From NCBI GenBank assembly GCA_018238375.1, contig JABCTJ010000008.1:5-64004 (forward strand): a DNA stretch of 64,000 nt, in the 5' to 3' direction. Position numbers and translations under genes: made by a program. Of the stretch, positions 8,570-18,493 are shown one piece after another; position 1 is the stretch's first letter; every line of letters starts with the position of its first letter. This DNA is from Candidatus Thorarchaeota archaeon (GTDB taxonomy: Archaea > Asgardarchaeota > Thorarchaeia > Thorarchaeales > Thorarchaeaceae). The notes beneath the pieces are model-generated. The model did no database searches, was not told the origin of the DNA, and saw nothing but the letters and a program-made list of their open reading frames with translations.

Positions 8570-10495
8570 CTATTCTTCAGCGGGTGTAAGAACACGTTGA
8601 ATCTCAGCTGCAAGAAGCTTCTTGATGACTTTCCCGTCAGCCTTTCCTCTTAGCTGTTTCATTGCAATACCCATGAGCCCACCGAGTGCTCTCTCTCCTT
8701 GTTCGCGTACGAAGTCAATTCGGTCCTCCACTATCTCTCGAACCAAGTTCTCAATCTCGGTAGTATCTATCTTGCCAAGATCTGTTGCATCCAGCGCATC
8801 TTGAATCCCAGAAACGGGGTTATTCGCAAGGTATGTCAGAATTGCAGGGATTGCATCTGGCGAAACTTCAGCTTTAGTGACGCATTCGAAGAGCTGCCGG
8901 AAGTGATTATCCTCCAATCGTTCAATAGGAACACCATCGCGATGGAGACTTACGACCGTATTTTCCAGTGTTACGGCTAGCAGTGTTGCAGGGACTTCCA
9001 TCTCGCTTATGATTTGCTCAAATAGTGGAAGATTCAGAGAACGCACCATTTGTGACGCAAGGTCCTTGCTGAGACCGTATTCCTTGATGAATCGCTTCTC
9101 TTTGCTGTCAAAGGTTTCAGGCATGTTTTTCCTAGCCCGCTTCAAACGGGACTGCGTTATTTTCACCGGTCTCACGTCGGTTTCCGGATACATCCTCTCC
9201 GCACCAGGGCGAGGGCGTGCATACTTCGTCGTTCCGTTAGGCAGTGGAGTTCGAGTTTCAGCTGGCACACCTTCAATTGCCTCACGTGCTCGTCGTATTA
9301 CAGCCTCGAGCGCATCCACGCAATTGCGGAATGGGGCTGCGACTATTACCACGGCATCTTGAAACCCTGCGCTCACGGCTTCTCTTAGTTGGGTTACTTC
9401 TTGTGCGGATATTCCATATCCTGGCAGTTCGTCAGTATGAAAGATACCTCCTACGTCCCCCCAAAATTTGGCATAATCTGATAGTTCTGTGCCAAGCCTG
9501 CGCTCAGGTTGCACCTCACGCCCTATCAGACCAGCAAAACCTGGAAGCTGCACCCCATAGATCGTGTGGCCGGCCTTCAACGCTTTCTTGATCATCTTGG
9601 AGCTTGATTCTGCAAAGATAGCGCTGATGTCTATCGGTTTGCTACTAATTTGCTTAGGAGATGTGTTTCTCTCTTGTAGGGCGTCACGTATCTCCAGCAA
9701 GCGCTCCTGCCGAAGGGCTTCTAGTTCGACAAGAGTAGATAGCATGTCGAGTTGCTGAAATCCCTTAATCTCGATAATGGCCCCTCCCTTGATGGACACA
9801 TTAACATCTTGACGGATTGTGCCAAGTCCACGCTTTACCTTCCCAGTGGATCTCAAAAGCAGACCAATCGCCAAAGCAGTTTCTTGAGCTTCGGAGGGAG
9901 TTCTGATGTCAGGAGCTGTTGCAATCTCAATTAGAGGAATGCCTAGTCTGTCTAGTCGATATATCTTCATGTTCTTTTTGTCATCATCTGCGATCTTGCG
10001 GGCTGCGTCCTCTTCAAGACTGATTGCCAGTATACCAATTTCTTTGGTCCCCACCAAGATCTTGCCACCCATGGCAATAATGGCTGTGCGTTGAAAGCCA
10101 GTTGTGTTGCTACCATCTATCACGATTTTCCTCATTGCGTGTATCTCATCTAATGGAGATGAACCTAGGAAGGTAGCCATTGTAAGAGCCACATCGATTG
10201 ATTCTTCACACAAATTGTGGGGGGGCTCCTCGTCAGCTTCAACCAAGCATGTTGTGTCATTGTAATACTCGTAATAGAACCTCTTCTTCCTCTGAAATTC
10301 AAAAAGTGCTGCGGGATCAACCGCGCCCATTTCGCTCTGTGTGGGTCTGAGTCTTCTCACAAACCCGCCGTCAGGCTTGTCGTCACGAATCTCTGTCGGA
10401 CAGTGGCAGAAGAGTTTGCGCGATGTGTTTAGTTGCTGATGAAGTTCAAGTCCCACCATTAAACCAATTCTTCTATAGCGACCCTTGTCGCTCAC
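8570..10495 (-). CDS. gatE: Glutamyl-tRNA(Gln) amidotransferase subunit E
   Basis: 641 aa. GLELHQQL..KLFC, a GatB-like core and a C-terminal YqeY-like tail. It starts directly after the gatD stop. Confidence 0.9.
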   Translation of the reverse strand: MSDKGRYRRIGLMVGLELHQQLNTSRKLFCHCPTEIRDDKPDGGFVRRLRPTQSEMGAVDPAALFEFQRKKRFYYEYYNDTTCLVEADEEPPHNLCEESIDVALTMATFLGSSPLDEIHAMRKIVIDGSNTTGFQRTAIIAMGGKILVGTKEIGILAISLEEDAARKIADDDKKNMKIYRLDRLGIPLIEIATAPDIRTPSEAQETALAIGLLLRSTGKVKRGLGTIRQDVNVSIKGGAIIEIKGFQQLDMLSTLVELEALRQERLLEIRDALQERNTSPKQISSKPIDISAIFAESSSKMIKKALKAGHTIYGVQLPGFAGLIGREVQPERRLGTELSDYAKFWGDVGGIFHTDELPGYGISAQEVTQLREAVSAGFQDAVVIVAAPFRNCVDALEAVIRRAREAIEGVPAETRTPLPNGTTKYARPRPGAERMYPETDVRPVKITQSRLKRARKNMPETFDSKEKRFIKEYGLSKDLASQMVRSLNLPLFEQIISEMEVPATLLAVTLENTVVSLHRDGVPIERLEDNHFRQLFECVTKAEVSPDAIPAILTYLANNPVSGIQDALDATDLGKIDTTEIENLVREIVEDRIDFVREQGERALGGLMGIAMKQLRGKADGKVIKKLLAAEIQRVLTPAEE

Positions 10496-11860
10496 TCAAC
10501 GAACCTCCGATTGAATTCTATACTCGGACTGTTCAGTTCGCATGTTTGTTTCGCCAACGATGCACTCAGACATTGCAGTATGTGCCTTCTCTACAGTCTT
10601 CGTGTTTGCAAGAAGCCACATTAGCTTGACCGTTGCTGTTTCAGTGAGCATATTTTCGCATGGTATGACGCCCATTTCGAGCATTTCCACACCTGGTCGA
10701 TATACGTTCATGTTGATGCGTCCCCAGATGCATTGGCTTGTCATGGCCACAATGACGCCCGCATCTATGGCTCGTTTTAGTGCTGAATGAATAAGTTCAG
10801 GAGCATGTCCAAGACCAGTTCCGGCCAGTACAAGTCCTTTGTATCCGCCATCGACATACGAGTCAATCACATCAGGTTTGATTCCTGGAAAAGTGTTCAC
10901 GATAGTAACTCGATCATCAAACTTGGGTTTCATCTTGAGTTTGCGATCGCGGTTTCGTCGCAGAAGAGGAGCAGACAGCTCATCTATGCCTGTTTCGTCT
11001 ATTCTGAATAGGGGACTGTGGTTAACTGATTGGAAAGCATCCCTTCTGCTAGTGTGGCATTTACGCACCCGAGTTCCCCTGTGTGCATATGCGAACGTAT
11101 CATCTGTTTCGCCGTGCATTACCACCATTATCTCTGCAGCATTCGCGTGTCCTACGAAATCAGTAGCTCTAATCAGGTTCATAGCCGCATCAGAAGACGG
11201 TCTATCGGATGACCTTTGGGAGCCTACAAGAACGACTGGAACAGGTAAATCTTGGAGTGCAAAAGCAAGCGCAGCAGAAGTGATTCCGAGCGTATCAGTG
11301 CCATGCGCAATGACAACTCCGTCTACGCTCTTCTTGATTTCGGATGAAACACTTCTGGCAATCTTCGTCCAATCGGCAGGTTGAATGTTCTCTGAAAGAA
11401 CACTCATTACAATACGAGCATGAATATTCGCATGATCCTTGAGCTCGGGAACTGTATCATAGAGATCCTGTGCCGACAATGCAGGATTGACAGCGCCAGT
11501 CTGATAGTCTACCTTGCTTGCAATCGTACCTCCAGTACTCAGGATTGAAACAGTAGGCAGATCGGATTGTGCTTTGGATGGAGTCTTTTCTGCGGGCCGC
11601 TTTCTTTTCTTTCCGGATTTAATCGAGTGAATTTCAGACAACTCATTCAACCGAATGCCAACATTGTATCCGGAAACGAGCTTTATCACCACATGGTCAG
11701 GATCGCGTCCAGCCTGCGCACGAGGCATGAGAATGCCTACATACTCTCGTCCTTGATGGTCGATTGTAATTGTGTCGCCGACCTTTGCGCCAGCAGCGGA
11801 TAGTTTCTCAAGAACCAAGCCCCTATAACCAGAGTCGTCTAGAGTCAATGCCATCCTCAC
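10496..11860 (-). CDS. gatD: Glutamyl-tRNA(Gln) amidotransferase subunit D
   Basis: 454 aa. Asparaginase-like motifs ILSTGGTIASKVDYQTGAV and VIAHGTDTLG. Confidence 0.9.
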   Translation of the reverse strand: MRMALTLDDSGYRGLVLEKLSAAGAKVGDTITIDHQGREYVGILMPRAQAGRDPDHVVIKLVSGYNVGIRLNELSEIHSIKSGKKRKRPAEKTPSKAQSDLPTVSILSTGGTIASKVDYQTGAVNPALSAQDLYDTVPELKDHANIHARIVMSVLSENIQPADWTKIARSVSSEIKKSVDGVVIAHGTDTLGITSAALAFALQDLPVPVVLVGSQRSSDRPSSDAAMNLIRATDFVGHANAAEIMVVMHGETDDTFAYAHRGTRVRKCHTSRRDAFQSVNHSPLFRIDETGIDELSAPLLRRNRDRKLKMKPKFDDRVTIVNTFPGIKPDVIDSYVDGGYKGLVLAGTGLGHAPELIHSALKRAIDAGVIVAMTSQCIWGRINMNVYRPGVEMLEMGVIPCENMLTETATVKLMWLLANTKTVEKAHTAMSECIVGETNMRTEQSEYRIQSEVR

Positions 11861-11942
11861 CTATGAGTTCCGCAGCTCTTCGCCTTTGGCGTAGTCATAA
11901 ATCTTCGCTCAGAAGCTATCTTGTGCTTGTTTTTGGAGAGAT

Positions 11943-12064
11943 TGGTGCGGGAGGTGGGACTTGAACCCACGGACCCCTACGGGAGCGGATATCTTATTCG
12001 AATGACCCCATATCTTCATACGATCTTAAGTCCGCCGCCTTTGACCAGTCTTGGCTACTCCCGC
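11943..12064 (-). tRNA. tRNA-Leu (anticodon TAA) with an approximately 34-nt intron at 37/38; CCA encoded
   Basis: The minus strand reads GCGGGAG-TA-GCC..GGC-G-GCGGA-CTTAAG[ATCGTATGAAGATATGGGGTCATTCGAATAAGAT]A-TCCGC, followed by the long variable arm TCCCGTAGGGGTCC, then GTGGG-TTCAAGT-CCCAC-CTCCCGC-A-CCA. Confidence 0.85.
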
Positions 12065-12162
12065 GTTCTCTGGTCAACCCCGCAGGAACTCACCGCAAGA
12101 CTTTGGGCTAGCAAATTGGCTCTTCAATGCTTTGGTGACTGATGACACGTTATTCAGAAGTA

Positions 12163-12271
12163 TGGTGGGGCGGGCCGGATTTGAACCAGCGACCTTCGAG
12201 ACCAACAAGCTTGATGCTCATTGGATTCTCGGTGTAAGCGAGACATCATAGCCGGGCTAGACTACCGCCCC
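12163..12271 (-). tRNA. tRNA-Val (anticodon TAC) with an approximately 31-nt intron in the variable-region side of the anticodon arm; CCA encoded
   Basis: The minus strand reads GGGGCGG-TA-GTCT..TGAT-G-TCTCG-CTTACAC-CGAGA-[ATCCAATGAGCATCAAGCTTGTTGGTCTCGA]-AGGTC-GCTGG-TTCAAAT-CCGGC-CCGCCCC-A-CCA. An alternative fold is discussed in the findings. Confidence 0.65.
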
Positions 12272-12310
12272 TGCGAAGCGTGCCAAGCGGTAGCTGAATA
12301 AAAGCGTTGC

Positions 12311-12988
12311 TTACTGGTAAGTGGCGATTAGATGCACTTCTTGCCGAGATTGATCTAGTACGACCTTCTGAATCTCCCCGTAACCGAGCTCAACCAGTTT
12401 ATCCTGTAGGACTTGTAATTCCTCACTTGTTGGTTTGACTTTCATCGCTGCCACAATCATGCCGCCACGCTTCAACAAGGGCGTAAATCGTTTTGTCAAG
12501 GTGATTGTATTGTCGGGATTCGTTGTGACATCAACGAGTAGAAGATCGAGTTCGTTTGGACCGCAGACAATCATGGGGTCGACTTCAAATGCATCACACA
12601 TAAGAACTGAAACGTCTGGAAATGTTTCCGAAATTTTGCTCAATTGAACAACAAAATCTTCTGAGTATTCGAGACCGATAGCTTTGGCGCCTTTTTCTGC
12701 CAGATAGGTTAGGAATCCACCAGCTGAACTGCCGATATCAAGAGCCAAGATACCAGGGCTAGCTAACTGAATGTCGAGTGTGGATTCTATCGCCATAAGT
12801 TTGGAATAGCCCTGTGGAGTATTGGATGCACGGTCATTGACCAAAACTTCTTCTTTGCCTGAAATCCAAGTTGAAGGTTTAGCTAGTTTTCCATTAACCG
12901 TAACACCGCCAGCTCGTATTGCACGTTTTGCCACTTGACGAGATGAGAACAGTCCTTGTTCTGTGAGCCAGACATCAAGCCTTGGCAT
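12311..12988 (-). CDS. TlyA-like rRNA 2'-O-methyltransferase (S4 domain + FtsJ-like methyltransferase)
   Basis: MPRLDVWLTEQGLFSSRQVAKRAIRAGGVTVNG forms the S4 domain and LDIGSSAGGFLTYLAEKGA is the SAM motif. I place the start at the internal Met (12988), which gives a 14-nt overlap with the upstream gene. Confidence 0.7.
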   Translation of the reverse strand: MPRLDVWLTEQGLFSSRQVAKRAIRAGGVTVNGKLAKPSTWISGKEEVLVNDRASNTPQGYSKLMAIESTLDIQLASPGILALDIGSSAGGFLTYLAEKGAKAIGLEYSEDFVVQLSKISETFPDVSVLMCDAFEVDPMIVCGPNELDLLLVDVTTNPDNTITLTKRFTPLLKRGGMIVAAMKVKPTSEELQVLQDKLVELGYGEIQKVVLDQSRQEVHLIATYQ

Positions 12989-13745
12989 CACGAACCGCCT
13001 CCATTTCGCGCGGAATGACAAGATGCATTGGAACACCCCGTAGTTTGGGCCCGATGGCTGTGACTATCCCTGAAGCGCGTGTGCTTCGTTTACATCTTAG
13101 AGAATACTCGAAAGGACCAATTCTCTCAACTCTGTAGATGTCCCCTTCGTGGCCCGATTTTGAGAGAACTCTGTCAAGTAGCTCTCTTGTAACACCAAAG
13201 ACAAGAAGGCGCTCATGATCATCCTTGCTCCACCTCTTGATTCTGTCAAGAGTCTGCTTGCTGAACTCCGCTTCAATCTTGGAATTAGGAATGTCAATGC
13301 CAGTCAATACTATTTCAACGGGGAGATTGTCAACTAGGATAAGGGCTTTGGCGATTTTTCTCAATGGAGTCTTTGGTATCTCAAACTGATCGCGAATTTT
13401 GTGTAGTGGTAGCAAAGCGTCCATACGACTCGGTTTCGAAACACCAACATTCGCGTATAGTCCATACCCTACTTTGCCAACGTCCACAAGGTAACCATTT
13501 TCAACTTGTCCAATCGTGAGTTTCTCCGGTCTTGGTATTATGCCGTACTCGCGATCTAGAAGATTTGCAATGAATTCCTCGTCTTCTCCTGTGATAGTGA
13601 GTATGATGTGACCTCTCTTGTCAGTAGCTGCCTTCTGCACCTTTGAGTCGAGTTCTGAAATCATGCTAGTAATCTCAGATTTCATCAGACCTAGTACCCG
13701 TCCTCGGTATGGACCGTATGCTCGAGCAATGAGTGTTATTTTCAA
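12975..13745 (-). CDS. Conserved archaeal protein of unknown function (possibly DUF2110-like)
   Basis: The long ORF has coding-like composition. The start is uncertain (TTG at 13745, ATG at 13781 or ATG at 13685). The family name is from memory only. Confidence 0.4.
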   Translation of the reverse strand: MKITLIARAYGPYRGRVLGLMKSEITSMISELDSKVQKAATDKRGHIILTITGEDEEFIANLLDREYGIIPRPEKLTIGQVENGYLVDVGKVGYGLYANVGVSKPSRMDALLPLHKIRDQFEIPKTPLRKIAKALILVDNLPVEIVLTGIDIPNSKIEAEFSKQTLDRIKRWSKDDHERLLVFGVTRELLDRVLSKSGHEGDIYRVERIGPFEYSLRCKRSTRASGIVTAIGPKLRGVPMHLVIPREMEAVRDAKA

Positions 13746-13830
13746 AGATAGCCTATCCTGACAATGATGGCACCTATGCAATTGCTAAGTACCTTTTGCA
13801 CTGGACCCAGTTTCTTGTGAAATTGAGAAA

Positions 13831-14352
13831 TTATGTGGATGCTTTCAGGTCAGCTCTGAGCTCCTCCACGCGCTTGCGGAGAAAACTGATTGCCTTTTCG
13901 TTGTTTACATACTCCAGTTGACTATTGCACACAGGACACCGGAACGAGAGATTCATTGCTTCCTCAAAGGGGACTGGCGAGGAGTCCCTGTTGATACAGG
14001 TGTATAAATCGTTGTTACTCTCGTGGTCTAGTCTTTGTTCCAGAAGGTTCAAGACCATGAATTTTTTCTTGTTCACCAGAGATTGCGCTTTTTTCGGGTC
14101 GATGCGCCAGTAATACAGAAACCAACCGGTGTTAGTGTCACGGATTCGTCTGTAGGATGCGAGATGATTGTCATGAAGTTTGTATAGTATTCTGCGAACT
14201 ACATTCAGTTTTAGATCAGTCTTTGTAGCGATTTCCTCATCGGTTGTTTCTTCAGAGTTCACAAGAACTGTTGATACATCGACGCCCTCTTTTCCTGCTA
14301 TCTCCTCCACTACAAGACGAAAGAGGTCATGATTGAAGGAGCTGTGTACCAT
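13831..14352 (-). CDS. tfe: Transcription factor E (TFIIE-alpha homolog)
   Basis: A winged-helix N-terminus (EEIATKTDLKLNVVRRILYKLHDNHLASYRRIRD..GWFLYYWRI) plus a zinc ribbon (C..CPVCNSQL). The start is taken at the internal Met. Confidence 0.8.
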   Translation of the reverse strand: MVHSSFNHDLFRLVVEEIAGKEGVDVSTVLVNSEETTDEEIATKTDLKLNVVRRILYKLHDNHLASYRRIRDTNTGWFLYYWRIDPKKAQSLVNKKKFMVLNLLEQRLDHESNNDLYTCINRDSSPVPFEEAMNLSFRCPVCNSQLEYVNNEKAISFLRKRVEELRADLKAST

Positions 14353-14475
14353 GGAAGTAATCACCTTGACATATTGAATTCGATTTGTCGACTGGTTTCG
14401 TACTATCATTGAAAACGTCGTAGTTGAGAGATTTGGCCCTGTAGTATTAGTGGTTTAGATACTATATAAGACCTA

Positions 14476-15051
14476 TTACTTGACTTCGTCTTTCTGGGAC
14501 TTCTTTCGTTTGATACGCACAACATCTCCGAGTGTGGGGCTTCCTCCTGATGTCACTCGGCTACTCTTTATCGGTACAGGTCCGATTGATTCCAGCAGAG
14601 AGATTTCAAGCTCTCTCTCTAGCCCCCGAATCGTCTTTTTTATGGGCTTTAGCCTGCCAGTTTCAATACCTTGGAGAGTAGAAACTCTCTCACCAACTTT
14701 CTGGGCAAGCTCATCTTGGCTCAGATTCCTCTTCTGCCTGGCACCCCGAATAGCCTGTGCGTAGTCCTCAATCAGAATCATATCTTCGAGCAAAGCACCC
14801 CTGGGTGTTGGTCTTCGTTTGACGCGAGCTCGAGGGGGTGCTGAAGCAGGAGTGGCCCTTGAAGGCTCAATTGGGCTGCCCATCCATGACGGATTTCTTG
14901 GAGCTGATTGGATTCTCCTTGAAGTGGAATCTGTTGTGTGTCCTCCAAATTTGGCGGCACACTGTGGACATACAAGCATGTCAGCACCCTCTATGGTAAC
15001 ATCTCGACCGGCACCTTTCATATTTCGACCACACAACTCACAGCTTGGCAT
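14476..15051 (-). CDS. Archaeal multiprotein-bridging factor 1 (Zn-ribbon + XRE-type HTH)
   Basis: 191 aa. CELCG...CPQC at the N-terminus, and RQKRNLSQDELAQKVGERVSTLQGIETGRLKP as the HTH. Confidence 0.8.
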   Translation of the reverse strand: MPSCELCGRNMKGAGRDVTIEGADMLVCPQCAAKFGGHTTDSTSRRIQSAPRNPSWMGSPIEPSRATPASAPPRARVKRRPTPRGALLEDMILIEDYAQAIRGARQKRNLSQDELAQKVGERVSTLQGIETGRLKPIKKTIRGLERELEISLLESIGPVPIKSSRVTSGGSPTLGDVVRIKRKKSQKDEVK

Positions 15052-15223
15052 GGGAGTATCCCTCTTCGAGTAACTTCATTGTGTTTCAACAGATAAGCAT
15101 TGCCGACCTGACACAATACGGAAGCTCAAACTCTTAGTTAGGATCAGAAGCTACCGCCAATGGTACTTCTTCAAAGCAATCCTTAAATTCTAAACAATCG
15201 AAGAAGATGTAAGGTGACCTTCA

Positions 15224-16423
15224 TTGCCAGGGACTACGGATGCAAAGAAAGAGGGTAGCATTGATGATTCAACCTACACCGAAACCTATACTCGGCATCT
15301 GGAACGCCGACTGCGTGCTCTCGAAACCGAGAAACAGATACTGCATGCCGAGCGCAGTCGATTAGAGAAGGAAACTCAAACCCTGAGAACAGAACTTGAG
15401 AAACTCCGACAGTCCCCACTCATTACTGCAACCGTAGTTGAGATACTTGACGATGGAAGGGCTGTTGTAAAAAGCTCTACTGGACCTAACTTCGTTGTAC
15501 ATGTAGCAACTTCAATCTCAAGAGACCGGCTTTCACCAGGTATGCGAGTTGCTCTGAATCAGCGATCATTTGCTGTAACTCAGGAGCTTCCGCCCCCGCG
15601 AGACCCAATGATTCGAGCCATGGAGATTGAGGTGGCTCCAGACGTTTCGTATTCAGATATTGGAGGCTTGGATAAACAGCTTGATGATCTTAAGGGGACT
15701 GTTGAACTGCCTCTTCTGAAACCGGAGTTGTTTGAGAGGGTTGGTATTGACCCACCTCGTGGCGTATTGCTCACTGGGCCCCCTGGTACAGGAAAGACTT
15801 TAGCTGCTAGGGCAGTTGCACATGAAACCACAGCTACCTTCATCCGTGTGATTGGTTCAGAATTAGTTCAGAAGTTCATAGGGGAAGGTGCCAGATTAGT
15901 ACGAGAAGTATTCTTGCTCGCGAAAGATAAAGCTCCTGCGATAATTTTCATAGATGAATTGGATGCAGTGGGCTCTCACCGACTTGATGTAGCGACTTCG
16001 GGAGACCGTGAAGTGCAGCGCACACTCATGCAACTACTTAGCGAGCTAGATGGATTTGCTTCTCGTGGACAAGTTGCCGTGATTGGAGCCACAAATAGAC
16101 CTGACATACTGGACCCGGCCTTGCTTAGGCCTGGACGCTTTGACCGGATTATTGATTTCCCGCTACCTGATGACAAGGGCAGAGAAATGATTTTTACCAT
16201 TCACACTCGTGGAATGAATATTGAATCAGAATTTAGCTATAGGCCATTGATATCATTGAGTGACAAAATGTCGGGAGCAGATATCAAGGCAGTCTGCACA
16301 GAAGCTGGCATGTTTGCAATCAGTGAGGATAGAGGATGTGTTACTCAGGACGATTTTCACAAAGCAATAAAGAAGATTCAGGAGCGACAGCAAGAAAACT
16401 TTCCAAGTAATATCTACTGCTAA
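15224..16423 (+). CDS. pan: Proteasome-activating nucleotidase
   Basis: 399 aa. An N-terminal coiled coil, an OB segment, [29 protein letters not shown] and [20 protein letters not shown]. Confidence 0.92.
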   Translation: MPGTTDAKKEGSIDDSTYTETYTRHLERRLRALETEKQILHAERSRLEKETQTLRTELEKLRQSPLITATVVEILDDGRAVVKSSTGPNFVVHVATSISRDRLSPGMRVALNQRSFAVTQELPPPRDPMIRAMEIEVAPDVSYSDIGGLDKQLDDLKGTVELPLLKPELFERVGIDPPRGVLLTGPPGTGKTLAARAVAHETTATFIRVIGSELVQKFIGEGARLVREVFLLAKDKAPAIIFIDELDAVGSHRLDVATSGDREVQRTLMQLLSELDGFASRGQVAVIGATNRPDILDPALLRPGRFDRIIDFPLPDDKGREMIFTIHTRGMNIESEFSYRPLISLSDKMSGADIKAVCTEAGMFAISEDRGCVTQDDFHKAIKKIQERQQENFPSNIYC

Positions 16424-16451
16424 GTGACAACGACCTCAGAGTCTACATGCC

Positions 16452-17288
16452 ATGCGTTATCGAAAGTTCCTCAGAGAGAAGATTGGGAATCGACTTCCAG
16501 ATCGTGTTTCTGTCCCTTCGGGTTTTCAAATCGTAGGACATGTTGCCCTACTAGAGCTTCATGAAAAGCTGAGTAAATTCACACAGCTTATCGGAGAAGC
16601 TACAATGGAGTTTGATCATAGAATCCGCTCAGTGGCGGTCAAAACAGATCCAACGATAGGAATCATGCGTAAGCCAGGGTATAGGCTGATAGCAGGTGAC
16701 TCCAATACTGTTACTGAGCACATTGAGGGGGGCGTGGTATTCCGACTTGACCCGCTGCGGCTAACCTTTTCGGGTGGAAATGTCGCTGAGCGAATGCGCT
16801 TGCCTAACATGATCAAGGGAGATGAGATGGTTCTTGATATGTTTGCATGCGTAGGACAGTTCTCTCTGCATATCGCTAAGAAGACTAGATCTAGGGTGGT
16901 GGCCATTGAAATCAACCCAGAGGCGTACCGCTTTCTTGTTGAGAATATCAAGTTGAATGGAGTAGAAGACAGAATGCAAGCTCTGCTTGGTGATTGTAGG
17001 GAGATGCACCCGGTTAATGAAGCGAATCGTGTAATCTTAGGATATCTTCACAACACCATCGAGTATCTGCCTTACGCTCTGAAAGCATTGCGTGAGGATG
17101 GCGGATATGTACATCTTCATGCTGCATTGCCAAAGAGAGATATCCCAAGCGTTGGTAATACAATTAATACTATCGCAATGAAGCAGGGTTTAAACACTGA
17201 GTTTTCTGTGCGAGAAGTGAAGCACTACTCTCCCGGTATTGAGCACTATGTGTTTGACATCCACGCCACACCAATCCGTGCATGTTGA
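16452..17288 (+). CDS. tRNA (guanine37-N1)-methyltransferase Trm5/Taw22 family (Met-10+ like)
   Basis: 278 aa. FSGGNVAERMRL, VLDMFACVGQFSL and NPEAYRFLVENIKLN. Confidence 0.8.
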   Translation: MRYRKFLREKIGNRLPDRVSVPSGFQIVGHVALLELHEKLSKFTQLIGEATMEFDHRIRSVAVKTDPTIGIMRKPGYRLIAGDSNTVTEHIEGGVVFRLDPLRLTFSGGNVAERMRLPNMIKGDEMVLDMFACVGQFSLHIAKKTRSRVVAIEINPEAYRFLVENIKLNGVEDRMQALLGDCREMHPVNEANRVILGYLHNTIEYLPYALKALREDGGYVHLHAALPKRDIPSVGNTINTIAMKQGLNTEFSVREVKHYSPGIEHYVFDIHATPIRAC

Positions 17289-17387
17289 AACTAAGCACAA
17301 GCATTTTATCAGGTTCGAAAGACCACATATGATGAAATTGGATACCAAGTCCATGACTAGGAAGATGATTGACTGAGGTGTGATTCA

Positions 17388-17768
17388 ATGGGATTCAGAG
17401 GTATGTCACCGAAACAAATGGCGCGGATGATGAAAAAGGCGGGAATCGAGCAGAAGGATATTGCCGGTGTGAAAGAAATCCTGTTTATATTCGAAGATAA
17501 GGAATGGGTCATATCAAATCCCCAAGTTGTGATGATTAAACAAGCAGGTAGTGAATCGTTCCAGGTATCGGGTACAAAGACAGAGCGCGGACTTACTGCT
17601 AGCATTGAAACCGATGAAGTAGCAAAAGAAAAAGTGATTGAAATTCCTATGGAAGATGCAGCCTTGGTGGCAAGTCAGACTGGAGCCAGCATTGAAGATG
17701 CGATAGAAGCTCTGAAGGAAAGTAAGGGGGACTTAGCTTCTGCGATACTGAAGCTTCGTCACGGTTAG
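17388..17768 (+). CDS. nac: Nascent polypeptide-associated complex protein (NAC + UBA domains)
   Basis: 126 aa. PKQMARMMKKAGI..., a NAC beta-barrel segment and the C-terminal UBA-like EDAIEALKESKGDLASAILKL. Confidence 0.85.
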   Translation: MGFRGMSPKQMARMMKKAGIEQKDIAGVKEILFIFEDKEWVISNPQVVMIKQAGSESFQVSGTKTERGLTASIETDEVAKEKVIEIPMEDAALVASQTGASIEDAIEALKESKGDLASAILKLRHG

Positions 17769-18410
17769 CTATTCTTCTGCAGCAATCCGGTCTCGTATGA
17801 TCTTGGTTCTGAAGAAGTCTTCTCGTTCTCTTTCTTCTAGAGCCAACTTCACATGTCTCGTTGTGGCCTCTAATCTTGGGATGACAATAGTTTCGAGAGC
17901 GGAAACCCTTCTCTTTGTTCGTTCAATCTCAAGGGCAAGGCGTTTCACAGTTGTTTCGATCTCAGCAAGTCTAACAATGGCCCTCAGTGCATCTCTGAAT
18001 TTCGTGCTCATCACATCTAATCTTGCGCTTGAGTCAACCAATGAATAGGGAAGATCTGGGTAACGCTGTTGAACTGCTAGAACAGGAACACGAACCCCCA
18101 TCATTAAACGAGTTGTGATTCGGAGGTCGGCGCGTACCTGACTTGCATGAGCGAACTCCACAACTCTTGATGGTCCCATAATCATCTTAGCTTGGGTAAG
18201 TGCTGAGAATGCCTCAGACAATGATTCTTCCATGGCTTCACGAGACTGCTTGATTGCTGCAATTGAGTTAAAGAACTCCATGATTAGTGAATCTAGCTTC
18301 TCTTTGAGAAGATCGTAGCCACGCTGAGCTAGTCGTTTCCTGTTTTTGAGACGAAGCAGTTCCATACGTGTTGTCTTCGTGCCCGGTAGGATTTTGCTCA
18401 TTGGGTTCAC
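17769..18410 (-). CDS. atpD: A/V-type ATP synthase subunit D
   Basis: 213 aa. TRMELLRLKNRKRLAQRGYDLLKEKLDSLIMEF and the C-terminal coiled coil are typical of subunit D. Confidence 0.85.
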   Translation of the reverse strand: MNPMSKILPGTKTTRMELLRLKNRKRLAQRGYDLLKEKLDSLIMEFFNSIAAIKQSREAMEESLSEAFSALTQAKMIMGPSRVVEFAHASQVRADLRITTRLMMGVRVPVLAVQQRYPDLPYSLVDSSARLDVMSTKFRDALRAIVRLAEIETTVKRLALEIERTKRRVSALETIVIPRLEATTRHVKLALEEREREDFFRTKIIRDRIAAEE

Positions 18411-18493
18411 TTCTGCAGAAGAGATCTGATTTCGTGCCTATTACTCTAATGAATAGCTCAATTTTAGAGTTCCTAAAACTCTTGTGCTGAACG

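Noticed and set aside
12163-12271. The tRNA could be read as tRNA-Trp(CCA) with two introns.
   Set aside because: That reading needs two very short non-canonical introns and an A32-start loop. The single-intron Val(TAC) fold is more parsimonious. It is kept as an open alternative in the findings.
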